This document shows, piece after piece, positions 43,869-54,489 of a DNA stretch of 64,000 nucleotides. This DNA comes from Blastocladiella emersonii ATCC 22665 (Eukaryota > Fungi > Blastocladiomycota). The stretch covers positions 2,480,001 to 2,544,000 of the forward strand of contig JANHCV010000002.1 in the NCBI GenBank assembly GCA_025594325.1, written 5' to 3'. Position 1 is the stretch's first letter; each line of letters opens with the position of its first letter. The position numbers and the translations under genes are program-made. The notes beneath the pieces were generated by a model, which had not been told where the DNA came from, made no database searches, and worked only from the letters and a program-made list of their open reading frames with translations.

Positions 43869-45303
43869 TTACTTCTTGACCGTCTTCTGGATCGAGCCGA
43901 TCTGCCAGTAGATGATATCGCCGTCCTGGACCACGTACGTCTTGCCCTCCTGGCGGTACTTGCCGGCGGCCTTGATGGGGGCCATGGACTTGTTGCCGTT
44001 GCACAGGGCCTTGAAGTCCTCCCACGCGACCACCTCGCCCTTGATGAAGGCCTTCTCGAAGTCGGTGTGGATGACGCCGGCGGCCTGCGGGGCGAGGGCG
44101 CCGCGGCGGCACGTCCACGCGCGCACCTCCTTCTCACCGGCGGTGAAGTAGTAGATGAGGTCGAGCGCCGAGTAGCCCGTCTTGATGATCTTGGGGAGCA
44201 CCGAGGTGGCGCCCACCTCCTTGTAGAAGGCCTCGACGGCGGCCGGGTCGGCGCGCTTGTCCCACACGGCCTGCTCGAACTCGACCGAGAAGGGGATCAT
44301 GGTGCCGCCGCCGTGCGACATGACCCACTGGTGGATCTTGGCCAGCCACTTGTTCTTCTTGCGGGCGAAATCCTTGAGGGTCAGGTTGATGAGGTAGATG
44401 ACGGGCTTGGTGGTGATGAGGTTCAGCTTCTCGTTGATGAGCTCCACCTCGCCCGTCGTCCACTCGCCGTTGCGCACGGGCTTGTTCTCGGACAGCATGG
44501 TCTTAAGCTTGGCCATGGTGTCGTTGAACAGCGGCGACAGCTTGAACTTGCCCGCGGTGCGCCGCGTCGCCAGCTCCTCGGCCGCGATCGCCTTCTCGAC
44601 AAACTCGAGGTCCTTCTTGCACAGCTCGCCCTGGATCGTCTCCAGGTCGCGCACCGGGTCGACCGAGTCGTCGACGTGCACGACGTCGTCGTTCTCAAAG
44701 GCACTACGTGGCACCCGTGGGTTAGCAGAGATCGCCTAGCGAACACCGACTGCGAAGAGAAGAGAAAGCGTACCGGACAACGTGGTAGATACCGTCGACC
44801 GCCTGGATGTGCGACAGGAACGCGTTGCCGAGACCCTGGCCCTCGGACGCGCCCTTGATGAGGCCGGCAATGTCGGTCACCATCAGGTAGGCGGGCTGCG
44901 TCGACGGCGGCTTCCACAGCGAGCACAGGTACTCGTAGCGGTCGTCGGGGACGGCGCAGCGGGCCCTAGTAGTCGTTGCGCGAGAGCGGGAGTGAGCGCG
45001 CTGAACCGAACGACGCAGGAGGATCACGGGATGCCGTACTCGTTGGGCTCGATGGTGCAGAACGGGTAGTTCTCGGCGGCCGCGGCCTGCTCGGTGAGCA
45101 GGTTGAAGAGCGACGACTTGCTACAGACCACACGCGTGCACCGGTTAGCCTCGCCGACTGGTGGCATTCGCGCACCCACAAAACACGCACCCAACGTTCG
45201 GGAGACCGACAACACCCATCTTCAGGTTGTTGCGGACGCGGCCGAAGCGCGCCGCGTTGGCGACCTCGTTGTTGGCGGCGGGGGCGGCGGCCTTGGGGGG
45301 CAT
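43869..45303 (-). CDS. OLA1: Obg-like ATPase 1 (YchF/Ola1)
   Basis: Multi-exon. Motifs [49 protein letters not shown] and [14 protein letters not shown]...[17 protein letters not shown]...YVVQDGDII. Confidence 0.96.
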
Positions 45304-45601
45304 CTTGGGCGGGTTGGACTGCGAGGGACGAGGATCGGCGTCAGTGCCGGAAGCTACATGGCGGCCACAGGTGGCGGACGCACCTCGAGTGCGCGCGGGT
45401 CGAGGAGCAGAGACGAGGTCGCGCGCGCGAGATGGTCAATCAAGCAGACTTCGGCGAGCGGAGAGCAGATGCGCCGCAACAGCGGGCGATCGTCACGCTC
45501 AAGTCACCTGCCACGTTGCAGTGGCGGAGCACGCCCCTCGCCTCTTCCTTCGCGCTCCCCCACCCTCTGCCCTCCCTCACACAACGCCGCCCATACCCGC
45601 A

Positions 45602-46791
45602 ATGGACTTCTTTAGCGCCCTGAGCCCGGCGCAGGCCAGCAAACCGTCGGTCTTCGAGCTGCTGGCCGCGGGCAAGCTGCAGGAAGCCCTGTCGCCCGCG
45701 CTGCGCTACGTGCTCGCGAGCTACGCGATCCGGTACCCGCGGTACCTCCTGCGCGTACTCCAGTACCACGACGAGCTGTTCGTGTTCCTCATGCTCGTCG
45801 TGCAGCGCCACTACTTGAGGGTCAACAAGGGCGCGTTCGCCGAGTCGTTCTACGGGCTCAAGCGCGCAAGGACCACGAAGCATAACCGGTCTGCGGATCT
45901 GGCGCCGCGGGATGTCCGGTGGTCTATGGCCGCGCTCGTCGTGTTGCCGTATGTCAAGGGGAAGCTCGACGAGGCGTTCCGCGAGATCAAGGTCGAGTCG
46001 GGCGCGGGGCTGTTTGACGAGGAGGACAGCGACAGCGAGTCGGACGATGGCCTCGACGGATCCGCACCGGTACGCTGCTTGCTTTTAGCGCTTGGTTAGC
46101 CGATCTAACGCAGCTGGGGGTGTAGGTGTCCGCGACCGAGCGTCGGAAACTCGTCGCGCGCAAGTGGTTTCTCAAGCTCTACCCGTGGATCAACGCGGCG
46201 TACGGCTCCGCGCACGTCGTGTACCAGATCCTGTACATGTTCGACCTGACGCGGTACTACACGCCGGTCCTGCACCTGCTGGGCGTCGAGGTGACGCGCC
46301 TCACGCCCGCCGACATGGTGCGTTCCCCGTCGTCGTCGCCACGCCTGCGACCCCCACGCTAACGACCAAGTACATTGTAGCGCGCGATACAGCGCGAATC
46401 GCAGCGCCCACGCAACTCCGCGGTCGCGCAAACGGCGCACGTGGCGCTCGAGGTCCTCAAAGTCGCGCTCCCGACAGCCGTCTTCTTCACCAAGTTCGTC
46501 GACTGGTTCTTCACCACGGACCTGGCGAAACGCGCCGACCGGGACGCGGCCCCGCCATTGCCGCGTGCGCCGCCGCGCCTCGCGCCGCACCCGGACGGCG
46601 TGGCGCTCCCGCCATCGCGCAGGACGTGTCCGCTGTGCCGGCGCGCCGTCGTCAACCCGACCGCGACGCCCACGGGCTACGTGTTCTGCTACGCGTGCGT
46701 GCACCGCGCCGTCGAGGAGCGCGGCGAGTGTCCCGTCACGAAGCGCGCGGTGCGGGTGGATGAGCTCCGGCGGATGTTCATGGCGAAATAG
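45602..46791 (+). CDS. PEX12: Peroxisome import RING-type peroxin Pex12
   Basis: Three exons. Motifs KPSVFELLA...PALRYVL, FAESFYGLKR, LEVLKVALPTAVFFTKFVDWF, and the RING CPLCRRAVVNPTATPTGYVFCYAC...CPVT. Confidence 0.93.
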
Positions 46792-46970
46792 AGGCGGTGG
46801 AGGTCGATGTGTGCAGTATTAGTATGTATAGGGGGGAGGGGTGAAACGATGACAAGGGAGAGAGAGATAGATAGGGCAGTAACAGGCGGAGATAGGGGAG
46901 GTAGACGATGACGAGGTTCCCGTTCCGAGGACACGGCGACGCCGACAGTGAGGGCAGGGAGCACGACGAC

Positions 46971-47557
46971 TTACTCCTTGAGGACCAGGTTGTCGTACTT
47001 CTCCTTCTCGGCGACCTCGGTCTCGACCATCTTGATGTAGGGCGAGAGGTAGGGCTTGTCCTACAGACCGCGATGGCAAGTGAGCGACGCGCACGCACAC
47101 GCCAACCGAGACGAATAAACGGACCTCCTCGGCCTTGGTCCACTCGGCCTGGGGCAGGATGCTGTGGGTCAGCGTCAGCTGGAAGGCGCGGCGGTGGCGG
47201 TAGTTGCGCTCGGCGAGGGCCTCGCGCGGCAGGCGGCGCAGCGCCTCCTGGACAATGGGGGACTCCTCCATGATGATGTCGTCGTAGCGGAGGCCTTTCG
47301 GGGGCGAAAATACATGGTTGTCGATGCATGGTGGTGGTCGGTCGGTAATTCATTCATGAGGATACACGCGATGGCGCGGGTCAGCGATCGGCGACACACG
47401 CGAGCGTCGCTCCCAACTAGAGCAAAAACCCACCGAGCTTGCGGTAGCCAGCAGCGTTGGCGTTCCAGCGGGCAATGGGCATCAGCACGGCCGACAGGAC
47501 GCGCGACGACTTGACCGTGTTGGCGAGGGCCTCGTAGGTGGCGTGCGGGAGGGCCAT
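46971..47557 (-). CDS. QCR7: Cytochrome bc1 complex subunit 7
   Basis: Three exons reading NAAGYRKL|GLRYDDIIMEESPIVQEALRRLP...RNYRHRRAFQL...LPQAEWTK|DKPYLSPYI. Confidence 0.93.
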
Positions 47558-47859
47558 TTTCGGTGGGACGGGATTGCAGCGAGTCGTGGGCGGGTGCGCG
47601 AGTCGTGGGGCAGGCGTGCAATGGGCCGTGGTCGTTGACGAGGTCGGTGGCCGCTTGAGTTGGCCGGCCCGGCGTAGCCGCTCTGGCACCTGCCGCACCC
47701 ATCACGGCGCACACGCCACACTCGCGATCCGCGCCGCGACACGCCGATGTTGATGGGTCACGCCGCATCACGCCACCCGTCGCGCACTTTCAAAGCTGTC
47801 TCGCACCGCTCACATGATTCTATTGCGCGTCTCCACCATCCCCCAAATCCGCGACGCAA

Positions 47860-49891
47860 CTACTCTGCACCCGCACCGCGCCACCCGCACCGCCCTCGTC
47901 GAACACGGCCAGCGGGAAGATCCCCGACACGCGCGTCAGCCAGTTGTACCCGTGCGCCCACCCGTCCTCGTACTCCTCGAGCACCAGCAGCACGTCCGAC
48001 ACCTCGATGTTGAGCTCGTCCGACTTGTCCGACACGTACGCCATGCGCGCGCGCCGCGTGCTCGGCCCGCGCTCCATGGTGGCCGCGACCGAGGGTGGTG
48101 CCGCGGCGGTGGCGGGCGCCGGGGGAGGGGGCAGGGTCCCGCCAAAGTCGGGCTGCAGCCACACGGGTACACCCTCCGCGTCGTCGTGGATCTGCGTCGT
48201 GTCGAGCAGATCGTCGCCGAGCAGCGGGACGAACGCGACCGGTTCCGCTCCGACGGGTGGTGGCGGGAACGACGCGGCGGGCGGGTACCACTGCGCCCCC
48301 GGGCACGCCACCGGCTCGCCGTCGCGCGGCAGCGTCTTGGGCACGGGCGCCGTCGGCGTCGGGAGGCTCGGCAGGACGAGCGGCCCGGCCGGCGACCCGG
48401 CCACGGGCGCGATCGAGATGGGCGGTGGCCGCCGCTGTCGCCGGCCCGAGAACTTGCGCACGGGCTCGCGCTCGATGCTCGTGTTGGGCCGCGACGGGTC
48501 CGCGATCACGGCGACCGCGGCGGACTCGGGCGGCGGGACGAGGAGGCGCCGCTGCGACGTTTCGCGGACGAGCTGTAACTGCGACGGGGGAAGCGCGGGG
48601 AGCGGGTGCGCGTCGCCTTGCTCGGCCGCCGCCGACCCCGCGGCCTGGCGCCGCGCTTTGGCGTGCTGACGGTGCAGGACGCACGCGATGAGCCCGGCCG
48701 AGACGAGGAACGCGGCCCCGGCGATCGCGACGTACGCGGCGGTGCGTGCCGTCGTCGAGAGGCCCGCGGGGAACAGCTCGGCGGACGCTGTCGTCGTCGT
48801 CCCGGCCGCGCGGGACCGCGTGGTCCGCGTCGTGGCCGTCTTCGGGCACTCCTCCGTCGCGCACCCGTTGGCGCACGCCGCGTCGAGCGTCAGGTACCCG
48901 CAGAACGGTTCGGCGGCGCCCGTGTTGCACTGGACCGTCATGTTGCGTCCGCTGAGCATGCGCAGGCCGCAGAACCACGCCGGGTCGAGCGCGATGGTCG
49001 CGTCGCCCGCGAGTTTCGCGGTGGACTCGGCCGGGATCACAGCTAGGCTGCCGCTCCCGCTGCTCGCGATCGTCGAGTTGCGCGACGCCGCGTCCGTCGC
49101 GTTGGTCCCCGTCGCGGCGAGCGCGGACCGGACCGAGGAGGGGGTGCAGTAGCTCGGGTCGTTGATCATGGACTGCATGCTGCTCGTGTACGCCGAGCAC
49201 GTCTCGGTGCCTACACGTTCGGGCGTCAGCGATCGCGGGATGGCGAGGGGAACGTGAACGCCGTCGTACACAGCGGCTGGTCGAGCGCCGTCAGGTCAAT
49301 GCACCCGGGCGAGTAGGCGATCAGCACCGCGCACCAGTACGACGTCATGTACCGCACGGGCTGCCCGTCGAGGTCGCACCCGAGCAGCGACGAGTAGTAC
49401 TTTTTGCGGTACTCTTCGGCGAGGAAGATGTTCTACACACACGAGGCTTCGCGGTCAGATCGCGTCAGCCGAGGAAGTGCGACGGTCGTGCCTCCATGAT
49501 CTGCGTGTCGAACGCCTCGGTCGTGTTGACGATGGGCACCGACGCGACGCCGTGGCCCGGGTTGGACATGAAGTAGTTTCTACACATCGCTCACGCGGTT
49601 GAGCATGCTGGCCACGGTCGGCGCGAGGCTGAAGCCGTACCGCAGGTTGCCCGAGATGTGCGACCCGCCCCACTGCGAGCAGTACCGCGACTCGGCCAGG
49701 CTAATGCACGGCGGCCCGCCCGGGATCCCCGCGCGGCTGACCACCATCTGCTGCTGCGCGCCCGTGTCGGACAGCGCGTGGGTTGCGGTGGTGGCGATGG
49801 TGAGGATGAGAGCGAAGAGGACGAGGAGAGCGACATGGCGGGCGAATGAACGGGATGATGGTGGCCTCAGCGACGAGCAGGCGAGCAGCAT
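47860..49891 (-). CDS. Type I membrane protein: signal peptide, Cys-rich ectodomain, one TM, Pro-rich linker, C-terminal SH3
   Basis: Four exons. Ectodomain CISLAESRYC...LLGC...RYMTSYWC...LCTETC...FCG; TM AYVAIAGAAFLVSAGLIACVL; SH3 AYVSDKSDELNIEVSDVLLVLEEYEDGWAHG...SGIFP. Confidence 0.85.
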
Positions 49892-50466
49892 GGTTGGCGG
49901 AACGGGTGCATGAGGTGATGAGATGGTGGTGGTGGATAGTTATGCGGCAATGACCATTCCCTTGTGACGACAACGAGGGATGGTGGGAGAGGGTGGAATG
50001 TGCAAGTGTGCAATGAGGGGGGGGGGAACGGGATACAGATGGGCGTGTGAGAGTCGGTCGTGTTGAGGATCGCAGGCTGGCCGGGTCGGGTTCGAGCGCG
50101 CGTGTAGTGTGGTGGTGTGTATCTCTATGCCAGAGGCACTGGAACTGCGCCAAGTGACCTCAGATTTGTGAAGTGCAGGGGGTGAAATCGCGACAGGTTG
50201 CGGTCGGGCGCCTTCCCAAACAGGCGCGAGGGTCGGGTCGGGTCGCGAGCACACAGGGAGGGGGCGCAGCTCAGCTCAGCTCAGCGGCGTGCGCGCGAAG
50301 AACAACAACAAGGGCGCATATGCAAGAAGTTGCGGGCCGAGGGCGCGCGCGTGCGTGCATGACGAGAGGTGGGAGAGCGGATCGGCGGCGCGCGCGCTCT
50401 TTCTTCTTCGCGTCGCGCCGCTCACGTGTGCGGGGCGAGACACTTTCTTTCGCTTCCCTTCAGCAA

Positions 50467-52840
50467 TCAAGAGTCCATCATGTAGAACAACAGGTACCCG
50501 GTGCGCTCGCGCTGGTGGACCAGATCGACCACGTCGCGCACGTCCGTGACCATGGCGTCGTCGTGCGTCTGCCACTGGCCGCGCGGCCCGCGCACGTCGC
50601 AGATGTAGTGGCCGCGGTCCAGGTTCGTCCCGAGGTGGTTGACGATCGCGTACAGCCGGTACACCTTGGACGACGCCGCCGCCGCGGGTTTCGGCGCCGC
50701 GGGCGGCTTCTTGGCTTCTTCTTCGCTTGCCGCCTCGGAATCGGCAGCGGCGGAGGCCGCCGCCGTCTCGGGCTCGGGCTCGGTCAGGAACGGGCTCACG
50801 TCGACCGACAGCGCGATCTTGACGGGGTCCTGGCGCTTCCGCGCGCGCAGCGTGATAGGGTCGACGGCGAACCGCTTGAAGTGGATGACGAGGACGTGCG
50901 GCGGGGCCGCGAGCCGCGTCGCGACCGTGGCCTGCGTGTGGTTGCACTTTTCGCACTTGTACTCGATCCCCTCGGTCGCGAAGTGGCGCTCGAGCAGGGT
51001 GCGGATCGCCATCGGCTCCGAAGGCGTCGGCGACACGACGTCGAGCGACCACCCGCGGTGCTCCTCGTTGATGGTCACGACGGCCGCGCACGCCGCGCAC
51101 GTCAGCGTACGCCGGTCCTGCCCCTGGAACACGCGCACCAGGTCGCGGCCGAACGGCGGCACCTCGTGCTCGATCCGCGACAGGCACTCGGTCAGCAGCT
51201 CCTGCGCGTCCTCCTGCCGCCCGTTCGCGAACGTGCTCCCCGCGCGGCCCACGATCCCCTGGTGGAACGCCAACGGGTTCAGGACTGTCCCCGGCCGCTC
51301 GGTGCGCTGCGCGAGGAGACCCGCCAGGATCTCGGTCAGGACCGCGGGCGGGCCCGCCGGCGTGTCGGCAGCAGCGGCCGCAGCCGCGGAACGCGTCATG
51401 CGGAGCGGCCGCTTCGGCTCGTCAGCATCGGCCGCCAGCCCGTCCCCCACTGCTGCTGCAGTCGTCGCGAAATCCCTGTTCGCAGCTGTTGGCGGCACTG
51501 CGGGCGCCGGCGGCGGGACCTGGCGCAGGATCTGGGTCACGGGCGGCAGCGCGAGGAGCGCGGCGAGGACCGCGTTCTGGTAGCACGAGTTGCCAACGTT
51601 GGCCATCCCCTCGAGCCGCGCGCCGCGCCGCGCGGTCGGCGACGGCGGCGCCGAGGCCGACGATGCGAACGCGAACGGGTCGCTGAGCGGCGACGCGCCG
51701 TGCGCGTGCAGCGTGCCGCGCGAGCCCCGGGAGAACCCGAACGGCGACGACCCGTACGGCCCCGATCGCCGGGGAAACACGGGCGAGTTCCCCGATTTGA
51801 GGACCACGGCTTCGGTCAGCGGGCGCGCCATGGATGTGGATGTGGATGCGGACGGCGACGCGCGGGTGGTGGTGGAGGGTGGGCCGTCGTCGCTGTCGAG
51901 CTCCATGGTCTCGTGCGAGATCTGGTACTTGCTCGGGGTCGCCGCCGCGTTGTACCGCGGGCGTTTCGCGGACGGCGGCTCGTCGGCGAGGCCCAGCTTC
52001 GAGTACGACCGCGTCGTGGGCGGCGGCGGCGGGCGCACGGGCGGGCCGATCGGGCGGCCCTTGGGCGGCTTGACGATGGGTTTGAACTTGGACGAGATGT
52101 TGTCGTGCTGTTTGACAGGCGGTGAGGGCGCCGTCGACGCGCCGTTCCGCGTGCGCGTGACGACGACGAGCGGCGCGGCGGGTGGCGGCGCACTGGGAGC
52201 AGCGCTGCTGGTGGGTGCGGGATCATCGTGGACGGTTTCTGGGTCGATGCCGACGACTAGCGAGCGCGTTCACACACAGCGTCAGAACGAGGCCATAGGC
52301 GGTCGGAATGGCGGGCGACGCGTACCCTTCTTCTCACGGATGCTCGTGAAGAAGGTGCGCACGCGCAGGGCGAGCGGGTCGGAGCGGAAGTAGAGGCTGA
52401 TCTTGACCAGCTTTGACCCGCGTATCGAGACCGTGACGAGCTTGTTGGCCGACGCGTCGCTGGCGGCCGCGGTCTGGCTGTCGAAGACGAGGAAGACGAA
52501 CCCGGGCTCGAGCTACATGGATGGTGCGTGTCGATGAGCGCGCGTGGTCGGTGTGGACTCGTGTATGTCCACAAAAGCGTACAGGAAGACTCTTCCGGTC
52601 GGGCGGCGGGAAGCAGTCATGGCTCGCGGTCAGGATGAACGAGCGACCCGGCAGCCCTGTACGATGAAGCACGTCAGTGTCCCATCCACCAACCATGCGG
52701 ACAAGAAGGAAACACCCACCGCTGCCCTCGGAGACGCGGAACGTGACGTTGGAGAACGGGAAGATCTTCTTGCTGTTGCCCGTGAGCGACGACTCGACGA
52801 CCGAGGCCGTGAACTCGGCGGGGATCGTCGGGGCGACCAT
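50467..52840 (-). CDS. Ubiquitin-specific protease (USP; USP37-like layout with a divergent N-terminal domain)
   Basis: Four exons inferred. Cys box GMANVGNSCYQNAVL, QEDAQELL, zinc-finger cysteines, VIHFKRF, and His box IVNHLGTNLDRGHYICDV...WQTHDD. Confidence 0.88.
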
Positions 52841-52942
52841 GGTACAGTGTGCTCGCCCTCGGCTCAGCTAGAATGCATGGGGTGGGTGGTGCAGCGTGCA
52901 AGGCGGCGGTCGCCGGTGGGGAAGCTGAGAGCGCGAAGCCGG

Positions 52943-52994
52943 CGCGGGCGGGGGGACTCGAACCCGCGCTCGCCGCCCCGAACCGATTTCAAGT
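52943..52994 (-). tRNA. tRNA-Ser(TGA)-like 3' fragment/relic with a perfect B-box (not a complete tRNA)
   Basis: Minus strand reads ACTTGAAATC-(15 nt)-GCGCGGGTTCGAGTCCCCC-CGCCCGC-G. No D-arm or 5' acceptor strand is found, and the anticodon stem does not pair. Confidence 0.3.
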
Positions 52995-53062
52995 TTAGGG
53001 CGGATTTCCGTGAGTCCTCGCTTCTCCCTTGAACATGCAGCACATGCAATAAACGCACCATC

Positions 53063-53447
53063 ATGAATCGCTCCGTCTCGTCGCTCAGCGCGCTCTCCGA
53101 GAACCTGCTCGAGCGGCTCTCGGACGCGGGCTTCCGGCGCGTCCGCGACCTGCAGGGCCTCGACCCCGCCGTGCTCGTCGACGGCACGTCCCGTCACGCT
53201 CCTAGACGATCGACCCCTGCTCACGCCAGCAGTAACGTGCTCTAGAGGTCAAGCTGTCGAGTGACGAAGCCGCCCAGGTCCTCGCCGCCGTCGACGAGGC
53301 CGCCGGGGGTACGCCGTCGTCGCTCGCTCGGACCCGTGTCGCTGCCGACCCCAGAGTCTCACCTCGACGCGACTAGCCGTCCAGTTGCGGGCTCCGTGCC
53401 TCTGAGCGGCCGTCCAGAAGCTGTTCTGCTGACCCCGTCGTCGGCCA

Positions 53448-53478
<31 letters not shown>

Positions 53479-54260
53479 GCCCGAGTTCCTCCCGCCACCG
53501 CTCCTTTCGACGGGCTGCACCGAGATCGACGCGCTGCTCGGGTCGCCCGACGCGCCGGGACTCGCGCCTGGCCGGATCTACGAGCTGTCAGGCGTGCCGG
53601 CCATCGGGACGACCGAGATCTGGTACGCTCGCCCGCTCCGCCTTCGCGTGTCCGCAGCTCACGCCTCGCCTCGCCCGGGATAGCCTCCAGCTCGCCCTCC
53701 GCGTGCAACTCGCGCCATCGCTCGGCGGCCTGCACGGCCGCGCGCTGTGGCTCGACACCGAGTCGAGCTTCCTCCCCTCGCGCGCCGCCGAGATCGCTGC
53801 ACACCTCTCCCCGGCGCTCGCGGACCCGGCCCTGCTCCTCGCCAACATCGCCGTGTACCGGCTCCACGACTTGCTCGAACTGATCGCGCTCATGGACCTG
53901 CTCCCGTCGATCCTGACCGCGAACCCGGGCGTCCGCCTCGTCGTCCTCGACAGTCTGTCGTTCCTGCTCGACGCAACGGGCGCCGCTGGGCGCGAGACCC
54001 ACGTCCTGTCTGCGCTCCGCGCGGCGGCGACGCACGCGGGCGTCGTGGTCGTCGTCACGAGCAAGATGGAGGTCGAGGGTGACGCCGTTGTAGGGGTCGG
54101 GGGAGTGGGGCAGGTCGCCGAGGCGGAACGCGCGCTCGGGTACGTCTCGCCCATGGGCGCCGGAAGGTGGACGGGGCTCGTCGATGTGCAGGCGGTCGCG
54201 TGCTGGGATCTCGACACGCGGTACGTGCGCGTTGTGGCGACCGAGGGAGGGCTGGGCTGA
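53063..54260 (+). CDS. RAD51C: RAD51 paralog (RAD51C-like) with a degenerate Walker A motif
   Basis: Four exons (introns 53184-53245 GC-AG, 53309-53384, 53623-53683). Motifs LSTGCTEIDALLG, IYELSGVPAIGTTEI|CLQLALRVQL, ALWLDTESSFLPSRA and VRLVVLDS. Confidence 0.75.
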
Positions 54261-54489
54261 CGCGCGAGAGGGTGTAGGGTCATGTTCACGCAGCGCGGCG
54301 GCCAGCGGAACCGGTTCGCGAGGTTCCGCATAACGGTACGCGCGCCTTGCCGCGGCGAGCGGCGTACTCAAGGACTGACGCAGTACGTGCGTGATGTAGG
54401 ATGCAGGCGTCGTCACACACGAGTGAGGGAGACCAAGCAATATAAGCGAAAGTGAACTATGCAATCTATTCATCCCGACCAATCCCTCC

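Noticed and set aside
47860-49891. Sho1 ortholog completing a HOG-pathway cluster
   Set aside because: Sho1 has four TM helices and no large Cys-rich ectodomain. This protein is single-pass.
52943-52994. Functional tRNA or selenocysteine tRNA
   Set aside because: The anticodon word is TGA (Ser), not TCA. The 5' half is missing and the stems do not pair fully.
9835-53063. Tight head-to-head gene pairs (SNAPC5-like/TCD, DNAJC11/GPI16, OLA1/PEX12, USP/RAD51C-like)
   Set aside because: Ordinary for compact fungal genomes, and no functional link is evident.
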